From NCBI GenBank assembly GCA_965248925.1, contig CBDFLE010000006.1:3392001-3456000 (forward strand): a stretch of DNA of 64,000 bases, read 5' to 3'. The stretch's first letter is position 1; each line of letters opens with the position of its first letter. Origin of the DNA: Candidatus Multivoradales bacterium (GTDB lineage: Bacteria > Acidobacteriota > Thermoanaerobaculia > Multivoradales > J023). The notes beneath the pieces are model-generated. The model had not been told where the DNA came from, searched no databases, and worked only from the letters and a program-made list of their open reading frames with translations. The position numbers and the translations under genes were made by a program. This document shows positions 1 to 9,262 of this stretch, piece by piece.

Positions 1-210
1 GTGCAGGAATTCCGCGTCTAGATCGCGCCGGGCGCCGTCCTCATTGAGCCGCAGAACCTTGAGCAACGCCCGGTAGAGAACTTTGCAGGCGACATCGGCC
101 CTCCAGGTGGGTCCGAGGGCGATCCGGGGCTTGGAATCGTAGTCGGGCGGTCGATGTATGGAGAGAGTTGGGCTCTCGGTGGCTGGCGGCATGATATTGG
201 TGGTGATCAT
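1..210 (-). CDS. CHAD domain protein, N-terminal part (runs off the window start)
   Basis: Not in the ORF track. Manual translation from ATG at 210 (AAGGAG RBS upstream) gives MITTNIMPP...KVLRLNEDGARRDLDAEFLH, typical of the start of a CHAD domain. Lies next to sixA and ppk1. Confidence 0.7.
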   Translation of the reverse strand, partial: MITTNIMPPATESPTLSIHRPPDYDSKPRIALGPTWRADVACKVLYRALLKVLRLNEDGARRDLDAEFLH

Positions 211-239
211 ATCTCCTTGTTCGACGTTTCCTGGCCGCG

Positions 240-746
240 CTATTCGAAACCTGCTCTGGCCAGCAGCTTCGGGGTCACCAGCCAGATCAACTGGCCGTGG
301 CCGAATCTGACCTCCCGCCAGCTGTCTACCGGCACGTCGAGTCGCGCCACCGCGGCGGTCACCATGCGCACATCGCCGCCACCGGAGAGGTGCCATACAG
401 AGGCGGACCAGCCCGGTTCGTGGCCGGCGAGTAGGACGCTGGAGTAACCGTCGGCCTGGCGGTGAATCTCCTGCAGCACCTCTTGAGGAGCACCCAGGTA
501 GAGTTCTTCGCGGATCTCGATCGGACAGGACCAGGCGCCGGCTCGAGCGGCGTGTTCGACGGTCTGCCGAGCGCGGGTCGCCGACGAGCACGCCACCGTT
601 TCGGGCACTTCCCTGGCAGCGGCCAGGAAACGGCCGATGCGCTCGGCGGCGGTGCGCCCGCGGGCATTCAACGGCCGGTCGTGGTCGACGCTGGTGGCAG
701 CATCCCAGTCGGATTTGGCGTGGCGTAGAAGGAATATCGTCTTCAT
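240..746 (-). CDS. sixA: SixA-like phosphohistidine phosphatase (histidine phosphatase superfamily)
   Basis: LLRHAKSDW, DHDRPLNARG, SSATRARQT and GHEP motifs. Confidence 0.9.
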   Translation of the reverse strand: MKTIFLLRHAKSDWDAATSVDHDRPLNARGRTAAERIGRFLAAAREVPETVACSSATRARQTVEHAARAGAWSCPIEIREELYLGAPQEVLQEIHRQADGYSSVLLAGHEPGWSASVWHLSGGGDVRMVTAAVARLDVPVDSWREVRFGHGQLIWLVTPKLLARAGFE

Positions 747-799
747 TCTGTTAAGCTTCCTCGGTTAGGGACCGTGCGTCCCGACCTTTTGGAGGCACC

Positions 800-2995
800 A
801 TGGTAGAGCATGCAGTAGTGCAGCGAACAGGCCCGGTCGCAGTCGTGGCCGAGGCCGGTGAAGAGGCCGCTGAAAAGGCCGTGGAAGAGATCGCGGTCGA
901 CCTCGATCAGCCGAGCCTCTTCACCAATCGTGAACTCAGCTGGTTGGCGTTCAATCGTCGGGTGCTGGAGGAGGCACTCGACCCTTCCCATCCGTTGCTC
1001 GAGCGGGTTAAGTTTCTCGCGATTTTCGCCGCCAATCTCGACGAATTCTTCATGATCCGGGTTTCCGGGCTGGGGCGCCAACTCGAGGCCGGGACCTTGT
1101 CCGCGCCTCCTGACGGCATGACCCCAGCCGAACAACTGAAGGCGATTCGCGAGCAGCTCGATCCGCTGCTTGAGCAGGTTTCCAGCTGTTGGCGACAGGA
1201 TCTCTTGCCCAAACTGCGGCAGCAGGAAATCCGTGTCCTGAGCTATTCCGAGCTCAAATCGAAACAACGTAAGTTGTTGCGTAAGCTGTTCAAGCGGCAG
1301 ATCTTCCCCGCTTTGACGCCGCTGGCTTTCGACCCTGGACACCCCTTTCCCCACATCTCCAATCTGAGCATCAATCTGGCGGTGGTGGTGCGCCATCCAG
1401 ACCGTGGCGAGTGCTTCGCCCGGCTCAAGGTGCCGCAGATGTTCCCCCGGCTGTTGCCGATTCCCAGCGAAGCAACAGCCGGCTCTTACGACCAGCTCGG
1501 CCTCTCGGATCCGACGGCCAACACCTTTGTTTGGATTGAGCAGGTGATCGCTGCCAACCTCGATCTACTTTTCCCGGGGATCGAGGTCGAAGCCTCCTTT
1601 GTCTTCCGGGTGACCCGTGATGCCGATTTCGAGATCGAAGAGGACGAGGCCGGTGATTTGCTGGCGGCGATGGAAGAGGTGGTGGGGCAGCGCCATTTCG
1701 GCTACGCGGTGCGCTTAGAGGTCGACCAGCGGATGCCCAGCCAGATGCGGGATATGTTGATCCAGAATCTAGGACTGGCGCCCTATCAGACCTTCTCGCT
1801 GGCCGGGCCGATTGGCAAAGCCGCCATCATGGAACTCACCAAGGTGGATCGGCCGGAGCTCAAGGACCCTCCTTTCTTGCCCTATGTGCCGAGCGTGCTG
1901 AGCACTGACGAGAGCCTGTTTTCGGTGCTACGGCGGCGCGATCTGCTGCTCTACCACCCCTACGACAGCTTCAATCCAGTGGTCGACTTTCTGCGCGCCG
2001 CCGCCCGCGATCCGCAGGTGATGGCGATCAAGCAGACCCTTTACCGCGTCGGTCCCGACTCGCCGATCGTGCAGGCGCTGATGGAAGCGCGCGAGAACGG
2101 TAAGCAGGTGGCGGCGTTGGTCGAGCTCAAGGCGCGCTTTGACGAGACCAACAACATTGTCTGGGCACGGGCCTTGGAGCGCGCCGGGGTGCATGTGGTC
2201 TACGGCGTGTTGGGGCTCAAGACTCACGCCAAGATGTGCTTGGTAGTGCGGCGCGAGAAAGAAGGGTTGCGGCGCTATGTCCACCTCGGCACCGGCAACT
2301 ACAACCCGGTGACGGCGCGGATCTACACGGATCTCGGCTATCTGACTTGCAATCCGGCGATCACCGCCGACGTGGCGGATCTGTTCAACAAGCTCACCGG
2401 CTATTCGCTCAAGCAGACCTACCGCAAGTTGCTAGTGGCGCCGAAGGGGATGCGCGAGCGGCTGGTCGAACGCATTGACCGCGAGATCGTCCATCAGCGG
2501 CGAGACGGCTGCGGTGAACTGGCATTCAAGTGCAATGCCTTGGCCGACCAACGGATCATCCAGGCTCTCTACCGTGCCTCGCGCGCCGGGGTGCGAATTG
2601 ACTTGCAGATCCGCGGCATCTGTTGCCTTCGGCCGGGCCTGGCAGGGGTTAGCGACAACATCGTCGTCACTTCGATTGTCGGCCGTTTTCTAGAACATTC
2701 GCGGATCTTCTACTTTCACAACGGTGGTGATGAGGAGATTCTGCTCGGCTCCGCGGATCTCATGCCACGCAACCTTGGGGGTCGCGTGGAGGTCTTGTAC
2801 CCGGTCGAAGACGAGGCGATTCGGCGGGCGCTGAAAGAGCAGATCTTGCTGCCCCACCTGGCCGACACTCGGCGCGCTCGGCGGCTGCTCGCGGACGGCA
2901 CCTACCAGCCCCTGGACGGGCGAGACGGTGAGCTCTTGGTCGATTCTCAGCAACAGATGTTGGAGCATCGCGGCCCTTGGCTGGTCGATTCCTGA
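800..2995 (+). CDS. ppk1: Polyphosphate kinase 1
   Basis: NRELSWLAFNRRVL, NLDEFFMIRV, LKTHAK, GRFLEHSR and GSADLMPRNL motifs; GGAGG RBS. Confidence 0.97.
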   Translation: MVEHAVVQRTGPVAVVAEAGEEAAEKAVEEIAVDLDQPSLFTNRELSWLAFNRRVLEEALDPSHPLLERVKFLAIFAANLDEFFMIRVSGLGRQLEAGTLSAPPDGMTPAEQLKAIREQLDPLLEQVSSCWRQDLLPKLRQQEIRVLSYSELKSKQRKLLRKLFKRQIFPALTPLAFDPGHPFPHISNLSINLAVVVRHPDRGECFARLKVPQMFPRLLPIPSEATAGSYDQLGLSDPTANTFVWIEQVIAANLDLLFPGIEVEASFVFRVTRDADFEIEEDEAGDLLAAMEEVVGQRHFGYAVRLEVDQRMPSQMRDMLIQNLGLAPYQTFSLAGPIGKAAIMELTKVDRPELKDPPFLPYVPSVLSTDESLFSVLRRRDLLLYHPYDSFNPVVDFLRAAARDPQVMAIKQTLYRVGPDSPIVQALMEARENGKQVAALVELKARFDETNNIVWARALERAGVHVVYGVLGLKTHAKMCLVVRREKEGLRRYVHLGTGNYNPVTARIYTDLGYLTCNPAITADVADLFNKLTGYSLKQTYRKLLVAPKGMRERLVERIDREIVHQRRDGCGELAFKCNALADQRIIQALYRASRAGVRIDLQIRGICCLRPGLAGVSDNIVVTSIVGRFLEHSRIFYFHNGGDEEILLGSADLMPRNLGGRVEVLYPVEDEAIRRALKEQILLPHLADTRRARRLLADGTYQPLDGRDGELLVDSQQQMLEHRGPWLVDS

Positions 2996-3055
2996 GCTAC
3001 GCACAGTTCTCGGTGTTTCAGTTGCGAAAAGAGTGCCCTCTACTTTGGAGATTCC

Positions 3056-3763
3056 ATGCGATTCGACCTGCCGCTCGAGCGCGGTGTGCTGATCTTGCGT
3101 TATAAGAGATTCCTGGCCGATGTTGAGCTGGAAGATGGCTCGCGACTGACCGTGCACTGTCCGAACTCGGGTTCGATGAAGGCTTGCTCTGAGCCCGGTC
3201 GACCGGTGATCATCTCGGACTCCGGCAACCCGAAGCGCAAGCTGCGCCACACTCTCGAGATGATTCGAATGGGCCGCACTTGGGTCGGGGTCAACACTGT
3301 TAATCCCAACCGCGCGGTGGCCGAGTTTATAGCCCGCGGGCGAATTGACGAGTTGCGGGGATATGGCGAGCTGCGCCGCGAAGTGCCCTACGCCGGTCGC
3401 AGCCGGATCGACTTGCTGTTGCGCGATCCGGCCGGCAGTCGTCGGGATGCCTACGTCGAAGTCAAGAATGCCACCTATCGCGATGGTCAGCATGCCGCCT
3501 TTCCCGATGCGGTCACCGAGCGGGGCCGCAAGCACTTGCAAGATCTGGCTGAGATGGTGCGCCAAGGACATCGGGCGGTGATGTTCTTCTTCGTCGGTCG
3601 CGCCGACTGCCATCGCCTGCGACCGGCCGATGAGATCGATCCGGCCTATGGCCAAGAGTTGCGGCGGGCGCAAGCGTCGGGCGTCGAGCTGCTGGCCTAT
3701 CGTTTTCGCTTTAGCCCCAGCCGTGGTATCGAGTTGGCAGGACGGTTGCCGATCGATCTTTAG
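3056..3763 (+). CDS. sfsA: DNA/RNA nuclease SfsA
   Basis: RYKRFLADV, HCPNSGSM, YVEVKN and FPDAVTERGRKHL motifs. Confidence 0.95.
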   Translation: MRFDLPLERGVLILRYKRFLADVELEDGSRLTVHCPNSGSMKACSEPGRPVIISDSGNPKRKLRHTLEMIRMGRTWVGVNTVNPNRAVAEFIARGRIDELRGYGELRREVPYAGRSRIDLLLRDPAGSRRDAYVEVKNATYRDGQHAAFPDAVTERGRKHLQDLAEMVRQGHRAVMFFFVGRADCHRLRPADEIDPAYGQELRRAQASGVELLAYRFRFSPSRGIELAGRLPIDL

Positions 3764-3871
3764 CCCGCTCCAGCTGGCAGCATCCGCAATGCTAGACTCC
3801 GGGCCGCTTTAGAGGTTTTTCTCGGACCCAATCTGGCTGGCGACAGAAGCTGGCCGAGTGAGGTGTGGACG

Positions 3872-5431
3872 ATGGCGGACGACTCTGCGAAGGCTACCGC
3901 GCCGGCTAGCCGCGGCTGGCTCGACAAGGCGCTCAACGGGATCGAAGTGGCGGGCAACAAACTGCCGGATCCGGCGGTGCTGTTTCTATTGCTGATGTTC
4001 TTGGTTTGGATTGTCTCGGCGTTCCTGGCGCCGATGGACTTTTCGGAGATCGATCCCCGTACCAATGAGTCGATCGAGGTCAAAAGCCAGCTCAGTCCGT
4101 CGGCGGTGAGCACTTTCATGACCAGCATGATAAGGACCTTCACCGGCTTCCATCCGCTCGGTGTGGTGCTAGTGGCGCTGCTCGGCGTTGGTGTGGCAGA
4201 GCACACAGGTTTCATCAATGCCTGCTTGAAGGGCATGCTGAGCTTCACCCCGAGGACGCTTCTGACGCCCATGCTGGTGCTGGTGTCGATCGTCAGTCAC
4301 ACCGCGGCAGATGCTGGATATGTACTGGTGATCCCCCTCGGCGGGGTCATCTTCTATGCTGCTGGCCGTCATCCTTTGGCGGGTATCGCCGCCGCCTTTG
4401 CCGGTGTTTCGGGGGGGTTCTCGGCCAACTTTCTCATTTCTGGTATCGATCCGCTGCTCTCGGGTCTGACCCAGACTGGCGTCGACATTATCAATCCGTC
4501 TCACCTGGTCAATCCCGCCTGCAACTGGTTCTTCACCGCTGCGTCGAGCGTGCTGGTTATCCTGATCTGCTGGTACATCACCGACCGGATTATCGAACCG
4601 CGGCTACAGGCCACTGAGATCGACGGCGATCCAGACGAGATGCCGAAGATGGAACGGCTGACCAGCGCTGAGCGTCGTGGCATGTGGGCTGGCCTGGCAA
4701 CCTTGGTGGCCGGCCTGCTGGTGTTGCTGCTGGTAGCCCTACCCGAGGGCTCGGTGCTGCGCTCGCCGACGTCTGGCGGTTTGGCCGATCTCGATGCTTC
4801 GCTGATGCGGATGATCGTGCCCTTGATTTTCCTGATGTTCATCCTGCCGGGGATCGTCCACGGCTACGTCTCCAAGTCGATCAAGAATCATCGCGACATC
4901 ATCAAGGGTATGTCGAAGGCGATGTCGACGATGAGCTACTACCTGGTGATGGCCTTCTTCGCCTCGCTCTTCATCTACTCCTTCAGCCAGTCGAACCTGG
5001 GGGTGTTGTTGGCCATCAAGGGTGCTGATTTTCTCAAATCCCTCAACGCCCCAGCCCAGGTGACGATCGTCGGCATTATCCTGCTGGCGGCGTTGGTCAA
5101 CTTGCTGGTGGGTTCGGCTTCGGCCAAGTGGGCCTTGTTGGCGCCGATTTTCGTGCCGATGCTGATGCAGCTGGGGCTGTCGCCCGAGCTTACCCAGGCG
5201 GCCTACCGTGTCGGCGACTCGACCACCAACATCGTCACCCCGCTGATGCCCTACTTCCCCCTGGTGGTGGTGTTCTGCCAGCGTTACGTTAAGAAAACCG
5301 GTATCGGCACCGTGGTCTCGCTGATGTTGCCTTACTCGGTGACCCTGCTGATCACCTGGACGATCTTCCTGCTGATCTACTGGGGCGTGGGCTTCCCTCT
5401 GGGCCTCCAAGCCTCCTACGTTTATCCCTAG
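3872..5431 (+). CDS. abgT: AbgT family transporter
   Basis: GNKLPDP, GRHPLAG, GVSGGFSAN and YRVGDSTTNIVTP motifs; many TM helices; ATG at 3872 follows GAGGTG. Confidence 0.93.
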   Translation: MADDSAKATAPASRGWLDKALNGIEVAGNKLPDPAVLFLLLMFLVWIVSAFLAPMDFSEIDPRTNESIEVKSQLSPSAVSTFMTSMIRTFTGFHPLGVVLVALLGVGVAEHTGFINACLKGMLSFTPRTLLTPMLVLVSIVSHTAADAGYVLVIPLGGVIFYAAGRHPLAGIAAAFAGVSGGFSANFLISGIDPLLSGLTQTGVDIINPSHLVNPACNWFFTAASSVLVILICWYITDRIIEPRLQATEIDGDPDEMPKMERLTSAERRGMWAGLATLVAGLLVLLLVALPEGSVLRSPTSGGLADLDASLMRMIVPLIFLMFILPGIVHGYVSKSIKNHRDIIKGMSKAMSTMSYYLVMAFFASLFIYSFSQSNLGVLLAIKGADFLKSLNAPAQVTIVGIILLAALVNLLVGSASAKWALLAPIFVPMLMQLGLSPELTQAAYRVGDSTTNIVTPLMPYFPLVVVFCQRYVKKTGIGTVVSLMLPYSVTLLITWTIFLLIYWGVGFPLGLQASYVYP

Positions 5432-5450
5432 GCGCTTCCCAGATCGATTC

Positions 5451-5490
5451 AAAGCCCGCTTGTCCGATTCGTCGGCTGGCGGGCTTTTTT
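5451..5490 (+). terminator. Intrinsic terminator of abgT
   Basis: AAAGCCCGC...GCGGGCTTTTTT stem plus U tract 20 nt after the stop codon. Confidence 0.85.
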
Positions 5491-5579
5491 CGTTGAACTG
5501 CTGATTACAAACAGCTTCGCCGGGGTTCGGAGAAAGATCTAATCTGTAATGTTAGGCGTAATTCTGTATTGCTCTAATA

Positions 5580-5968
5580 GCGGTCGACGGGGGAAGGCCC
5601 GAGGGGTTTGCGAGGGGGAGGAAGGGCTGGGGCGGGAGAGAGACACTCTGATCAGACCCGGAGTATCGGGTCGAAGGCTCGCGGAGGGGTTTGCGAGCCG
5701 CAAAAGGAAGTCGGCGCTCGGGGCTAGCGCGCCGACTTTGATTGAGGGGGTCGCTGATTTGGCGATTTTCCCCCCTCACAGACCTGGGGTCTGAGTGAGA
5801 GAGCGCGGCTGAGCCGCAAGAGTGGGTGTGAATCCGGGAACTCTTCGGGGTATGCCAGGGGGCGATGGGGGTCGCGGGGCGAAAGAGAGAGCGAATGCTA
5901 GCGACCGCGGAGAGTTCCTGGATTAGTTTTTTGAGAAAGGCCCTCGCGCTGTGCGGGGGCCTTTTTTA
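5580..5968 (+). ncRNA. Candidate structured non-coding RNA of unknown family (ends approximate)
   Basis: At least seven hairpins in tandem, G-U pairs favouring the + strand, its own terminator, and no credible ORF. Confidence 0.6.
5936..5968 (+). terminator. Intrinsic terminator, + strand (may also serve glyQS)
   Basis: AAAGGCCCTCGC-GCTGT-GCGGGGGCCTTTTTT; the T-G pair is a wobble on + but a C-A mismatch on -. Confidence 0.8.
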
Positions 5969-7543
5969 TTTGGCTAGAGCAGCGCGCACCACATCGAGCG
6001 CTTCGCCGACCGCGATGCGGTCTTGGCGGCGGTCGTCGCGATGGCGGATAGTCACCGTATCGTCGACCATCGTCTGGCCATCGATGGTCAAGCAATAGGG
6101 GGTACCGACCTCGTCGTGACGAGCGTAGCGCTTGCCGATCGAGTGCTGCTCGTCGTATTTGGCATTGACCCCGGCGGCGAGAAAGCGCTCGACGATGCCG
6201 CGGGCAACCTCGGGCATGCCGTCTTTCTTCACCAAAGGCAAGATACCGGCCTTGATCGGCGCCAGGCGAGGATGCAGGCGCAGCACGGTGCGAGCCCCTT
6301 TGCCCTCGGCATCGGCCTCTTCTTCGTCGTAGGCATCGCAGAGCACCGCCAGCACTCCGCGGGTGGCGCCCGCCGCCGGCTCGACGACGTGGGGCACATA
6401 GCGCCAGCCGTTCTTGCCGGTGTCGGGGTCAACGGCTTGGGGATCGAAGTAGTTGAGCTTCTTGCCCGACCCCTCGCTGTGCGCCTTGAGGTCGTGGTCG
6501 GTCCGCGAAGCGATGCCTTCGAGCTCGTCCCAGCCCCAGGGAAAGCGGTAGTCGATATCGAAACAACCGTCCGAGTAGTGCGCCAGCTCGTCTTCGTCGT
6601 GTTGGCGAAAGCGCAGGTTGTCCTTGTTTAGGCCAATGCCCCGCCACCAGGCCAGGCGCTGCTCTTTCCAGTATTCCAACCATTTCGGCCCTTCGCCGGG
6701 GGGGACGAAGAACTCCATCTCCATCTGCTCGAATTCGACCGAGCGGAAAATGAAGTGCTCGACGGTGATCTCGTTGCGGAAGCTACGCCCCATCTGGGCG
6801 ATACCGAAGGGCACCTTGATGGCGGTCGATTGCAGCACGTTGGGGAACTGCACGAACATCGCCTGGGCGGTCTCTGGCCGCAAGTAGGCGGTGGAATCGG
6901 CCGTCGCTTGCTCCACCCGGCGGCGGATCTCGGCATCGTCGGCGCCGGCTTCGATCGCCGAGCGCACCTGGTTGATCACCTCGCCGATCGGATCCACCGG
7001 CCCCAAGCTAGTGCGCAGCATCAAGTTGAATTGGCGTTCTTCGCTGAGGAAAGGGGAGCCGCAGTTCGGGCAGCCGTAGCCCCGGTCGCCAGCGGTGGCG
7101 CCGTGCAGGGTCTTGCCTTGGCGGCGGAGTTCCAAACCCTCGGTGCGCTCGACTCGTTCGAGCGCCACCTTGGCGCGGCCCTTGTCGGCCAGGGTGATTG
7201 GCGCCGCTTCGCCTGCGGTCAGCCGTGGCGCCTTGTCGGCGCGAAAGCGCTCGCCACAGACCTTGCAATCGACCAGCGGGTCGGAGAATCCCGTCAGGTG
7301 GCCGCTCGAGCGCCAAACGTCGGAGTGCATGATGATCGAGGCGTCCAGGCCGACCACGTCTTCGCGGCTGTGGACCATCGCTCGCCACCACTCGTTCATC
7401 AGATTGCGCTTAAGTTCGGCGCCCATTGGGCCGTAGTCGTAGGCCGAGCGCAAACCGCCGTAGATCTCGGAACTCTGGTAGACGAATCCACGGCGCTTGG
7501 CCAACGAGACGATTTTCTGCATCGAGACGGCGGATGGGCTCAC
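5966..7543 (-). CDS. glyQS: Glycine--tRNA ligase, alpha2 dimeric type
   Basis: SLAKRRGF, YDYGPMG, YLRPETAQ, SFRNEIT, EFEQMEMEFF, ELEGIASR and SIGKRYARHDEVGTP motifs; GTG start at 7543 behind GGAAAGG. Confidence 0.95.
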   Translation of the reverse strand: MSPSAVSMQKIVSLAKRRGFVYQSSEIYGGLRSAYDYGPMGAELKRNLMNEWWRAMVHSREDVVGLDASIIMHSDVWRSSGHLTGFSDPLVDCKVCGERFRADKAPRLTAGEAAPITLADKGRAKVALERVERTEGLELRRQGKTLHGATAGDRGYGCPNCGSPFLSEERQFNLMLRTSLGPVDPIGEVINQVRSAIEAGADDAEIRRRVEQATADSTAYLRPETAQAMFVQFPNVLQSTAIKVPFGIAQMGRSFRNEITVEHFIFRSVEFEQMEMEFFVPPGEGPKWLEYWKEQRLAWWRGIGLNKDNLRFRQHDEDELAHYSDGCFDIDYRFPWGWDELEGIASRTDHDLKAHSEGSGKKLNYFDPQAVDPDTGKNGWRYVPHVVEPAAGATRGVLAVLCDAYDEEEADAEGKGARTVLRLHPRLAPIKAGILPLVKKDGMPEVARGIVERFLAAGVNAKYDEQHSIGKRYARHDEVGTPYCLTIDGQTMVDDTVTIRHRDDRRQDRIAVGEALDVVRAALAK

Positions 7544-7880
7544 GATACGACCTTTCCAGTGCTGTACGGCGCTGTTTGGTGCTGGCCCGAGCCGTCTCAA
7601 AGCAGCTCGGGCTGGTGGATGAAGGCGCCTTTTTAACACAGGTGTCGCGGAAATTACACAAACGCCTGAAAACAGGCGTGTTGCTCCCCGTCCCGTCCGG
7701 GCCGTCCCGCCCCAGCGAGGATTTCAGTCCATCGCCGACACTCGAGGCTCTGCTTTGGCTGGCAGGGCCGCACCGCCGCGAGTCTGCTGTACCCTAGTGG
7801 AAGAGTCGGGCTGGCCAAGTAATGCTAGCCAAAGATACAGTCCCTTCGCGGCGAGAGATCAGCAGATTGAGTACTTCAGC

Positions 7881-9227
7881 ATGAATTTTCGACTTTCTCG
7901 AATCCCCCGTCGCTTACCGGCTCTCCTCGCTACCCTGCTGCTTCCTTGGCTGGTCGGCTGTAGTGGCTCGCAACCGCCACCGCGACTTCTACCTTTAGTT
8001 GACAGCGCCGCGCGGACGCCGGTGGTGTTGGTGCCGGGAATCACCGGCACCGAGCTGGTCGACTCGACCGGCAAGATTCACTGGGGCAAGGGTGGCAACC
8101 TTTTCGTGCCTCGCGACCGGGGGTACGGACTGGCTTTGCCGCTGGTCGAAGGTGGCCCGGACCAGCTGCGGGCGGGGCAGGTGATAGAGAGAATCTCGGT
8201 AGGCGGGGTGATCAAGAAGCCGGTTTACGGTCCGATCATCGAGTTGCTGCAAGCTAACGGCTACGTTCGTGGCGATCTGTCGTCTCCAGATAGCGATTCC
8301 GACCTCTATTTGTTTGGCTACGACTGGCGCCGCGACAACTCGACCTCGGCGCGGCGGTTGTTCGCGCGACTCGCGGATTTGCGCCGAGCCCGCGGCGAAG
8401 ATCGCCTGCGAGTGACCCTGCTATGCCAGTCCAACGGCGGCCACATCTGCCGTTGGTTGGCCAAGTACGGCAACGCTACCTTGGCCGCAGCCGAGGCTGG
8501 CCGGGGAGCACCGCCAGTCCAGTTCGAGATCGAGCGGATTGTTTTCGTCGGCACCGCCAACGGCGGCTCGATGCGAATCCTGCGCGAGTTGCACCGGGGT
8601 CGCCACTACGTACCGCTAGTGGGTCGCAAGCTGGCAGCCGAGACCCTGTTCACCTTCCCCTCCCTCTACCAGGATCTGCCGGCCTACCGCGACGATCTCT
8701 TTGTTGACCCGGACGGCCAAACGTTGGCGGTCGGTCTCTTCGATGCGGCCAGCTGGCAGCACTACGGCTGGTCGGCTTTTGCCGCCGATGCAGCGCGGCG
8801 GATGGACCGGCGGCCTGATTTGTTTGGTAGCGAAGCCGATCGCCTGCATTTCCTAGAGGACGCTCTAGCCGCTGGCCAAACCATGCAGCGCCTGCTCCAG
8901 CGGGACGTGGCTGGTTTCTCCGTTGGCCGCTACTTCTTGATCCAGAATGTCTACGAGCCGACTCCTGATCGTGCTGTTCTGGTGCGTCAGAAAGACGGTT
9001 GGGAAATGCAGCTCACCGGCGATCCCAAACTGCGTCAGGACACCTATTTGAGTGCCTTGGTGAGTGCGCCGGGGGATGGCCATGCCGCTCAGGCCAGCCA
9101 AGTGTGGCTGTCACCGCAGGAGCTGGCGGTATTGCACGATCAACCCTTCCACATTCTCGGTGAGCACTTCGAGATGATCCTTGATCGGGGCACCCATCGC
9201 CGGCTGCTCGATTTCTTGCTGGAATGA
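7881..9227 (+). CDS. Lipoprotein alpha/beta hydrolase (LCAT/phospholipase-like)
   Basis: Lipobox LVGC; VLVPGITGT, YDWRR, variant nucleophile elbow CQSNGG, GDG and C-terminal His (GEHFEM). Confidence 0.75.
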   Translation: MNFRLSRIPRRLPALLATLLLPWLVGCSGSQPPPRLLPLVDSAARTPVVLVPGITGTELVDSTGKIHWGKGGNLFVPRDRGYGLALPLVEGGPDQLRAGQVIERISVGGVIKKPVYGPIIELLQANGYVRGDLSSPDSDSDLYLFGYDWRRDNSTSARRLFARLADLRRARGEDRLRVTLLCQSNGGHICRWLAKYGNATLAAAEAGRGAPPVQFEIERIVFVGTANGGSMRILRELHRGRHYVPLVGRKLAAETLFTFPSLYQDLPAYRDDLFVDPDGQTLAVGLFDAASWQHYGWSAFAADAARRMDRRPDLFGSEADRLHFLEDALAAGQTMQRLLQRDVAGFSVGRYFLIQNVYEPTPDRAVLVRQKDGWEMQLTGDPKLRQDTYLSALVSAPGDGHAAQASQVWLSPQELAVLHDQPFHILGEHFEMILDRGTHRRLLDFLLE

Positions 9228-9262
9228 CAGCGGGCGGGCCTGACGGTGATTGTGAGACTGCA

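Noticed and set aside
743-3673. Long antisense or shadow ORFs (743-1396, 2690-3673; likewise 24851-25909, 27805-28626, 61508-62677)
   Set aside because: They mirror well-supported genes, which is expected in high-GC DNA
5549-5794. Short ORFs on both strands of the abgT-glyQS gap
   Set aside because: No RBS, low-complexity Gly/Arg or Pro/Ser products; hairpin structure explains the sequence better
5580-5968. Identification as tmRNA, RNase P RNA, SRP RNA or a T-box
   Set aside because: No tRNA-like ends or tag ORF, no GAGGAAAGUCC, no SRP loop motif, and it lies 3' rather than 5' of glyQS
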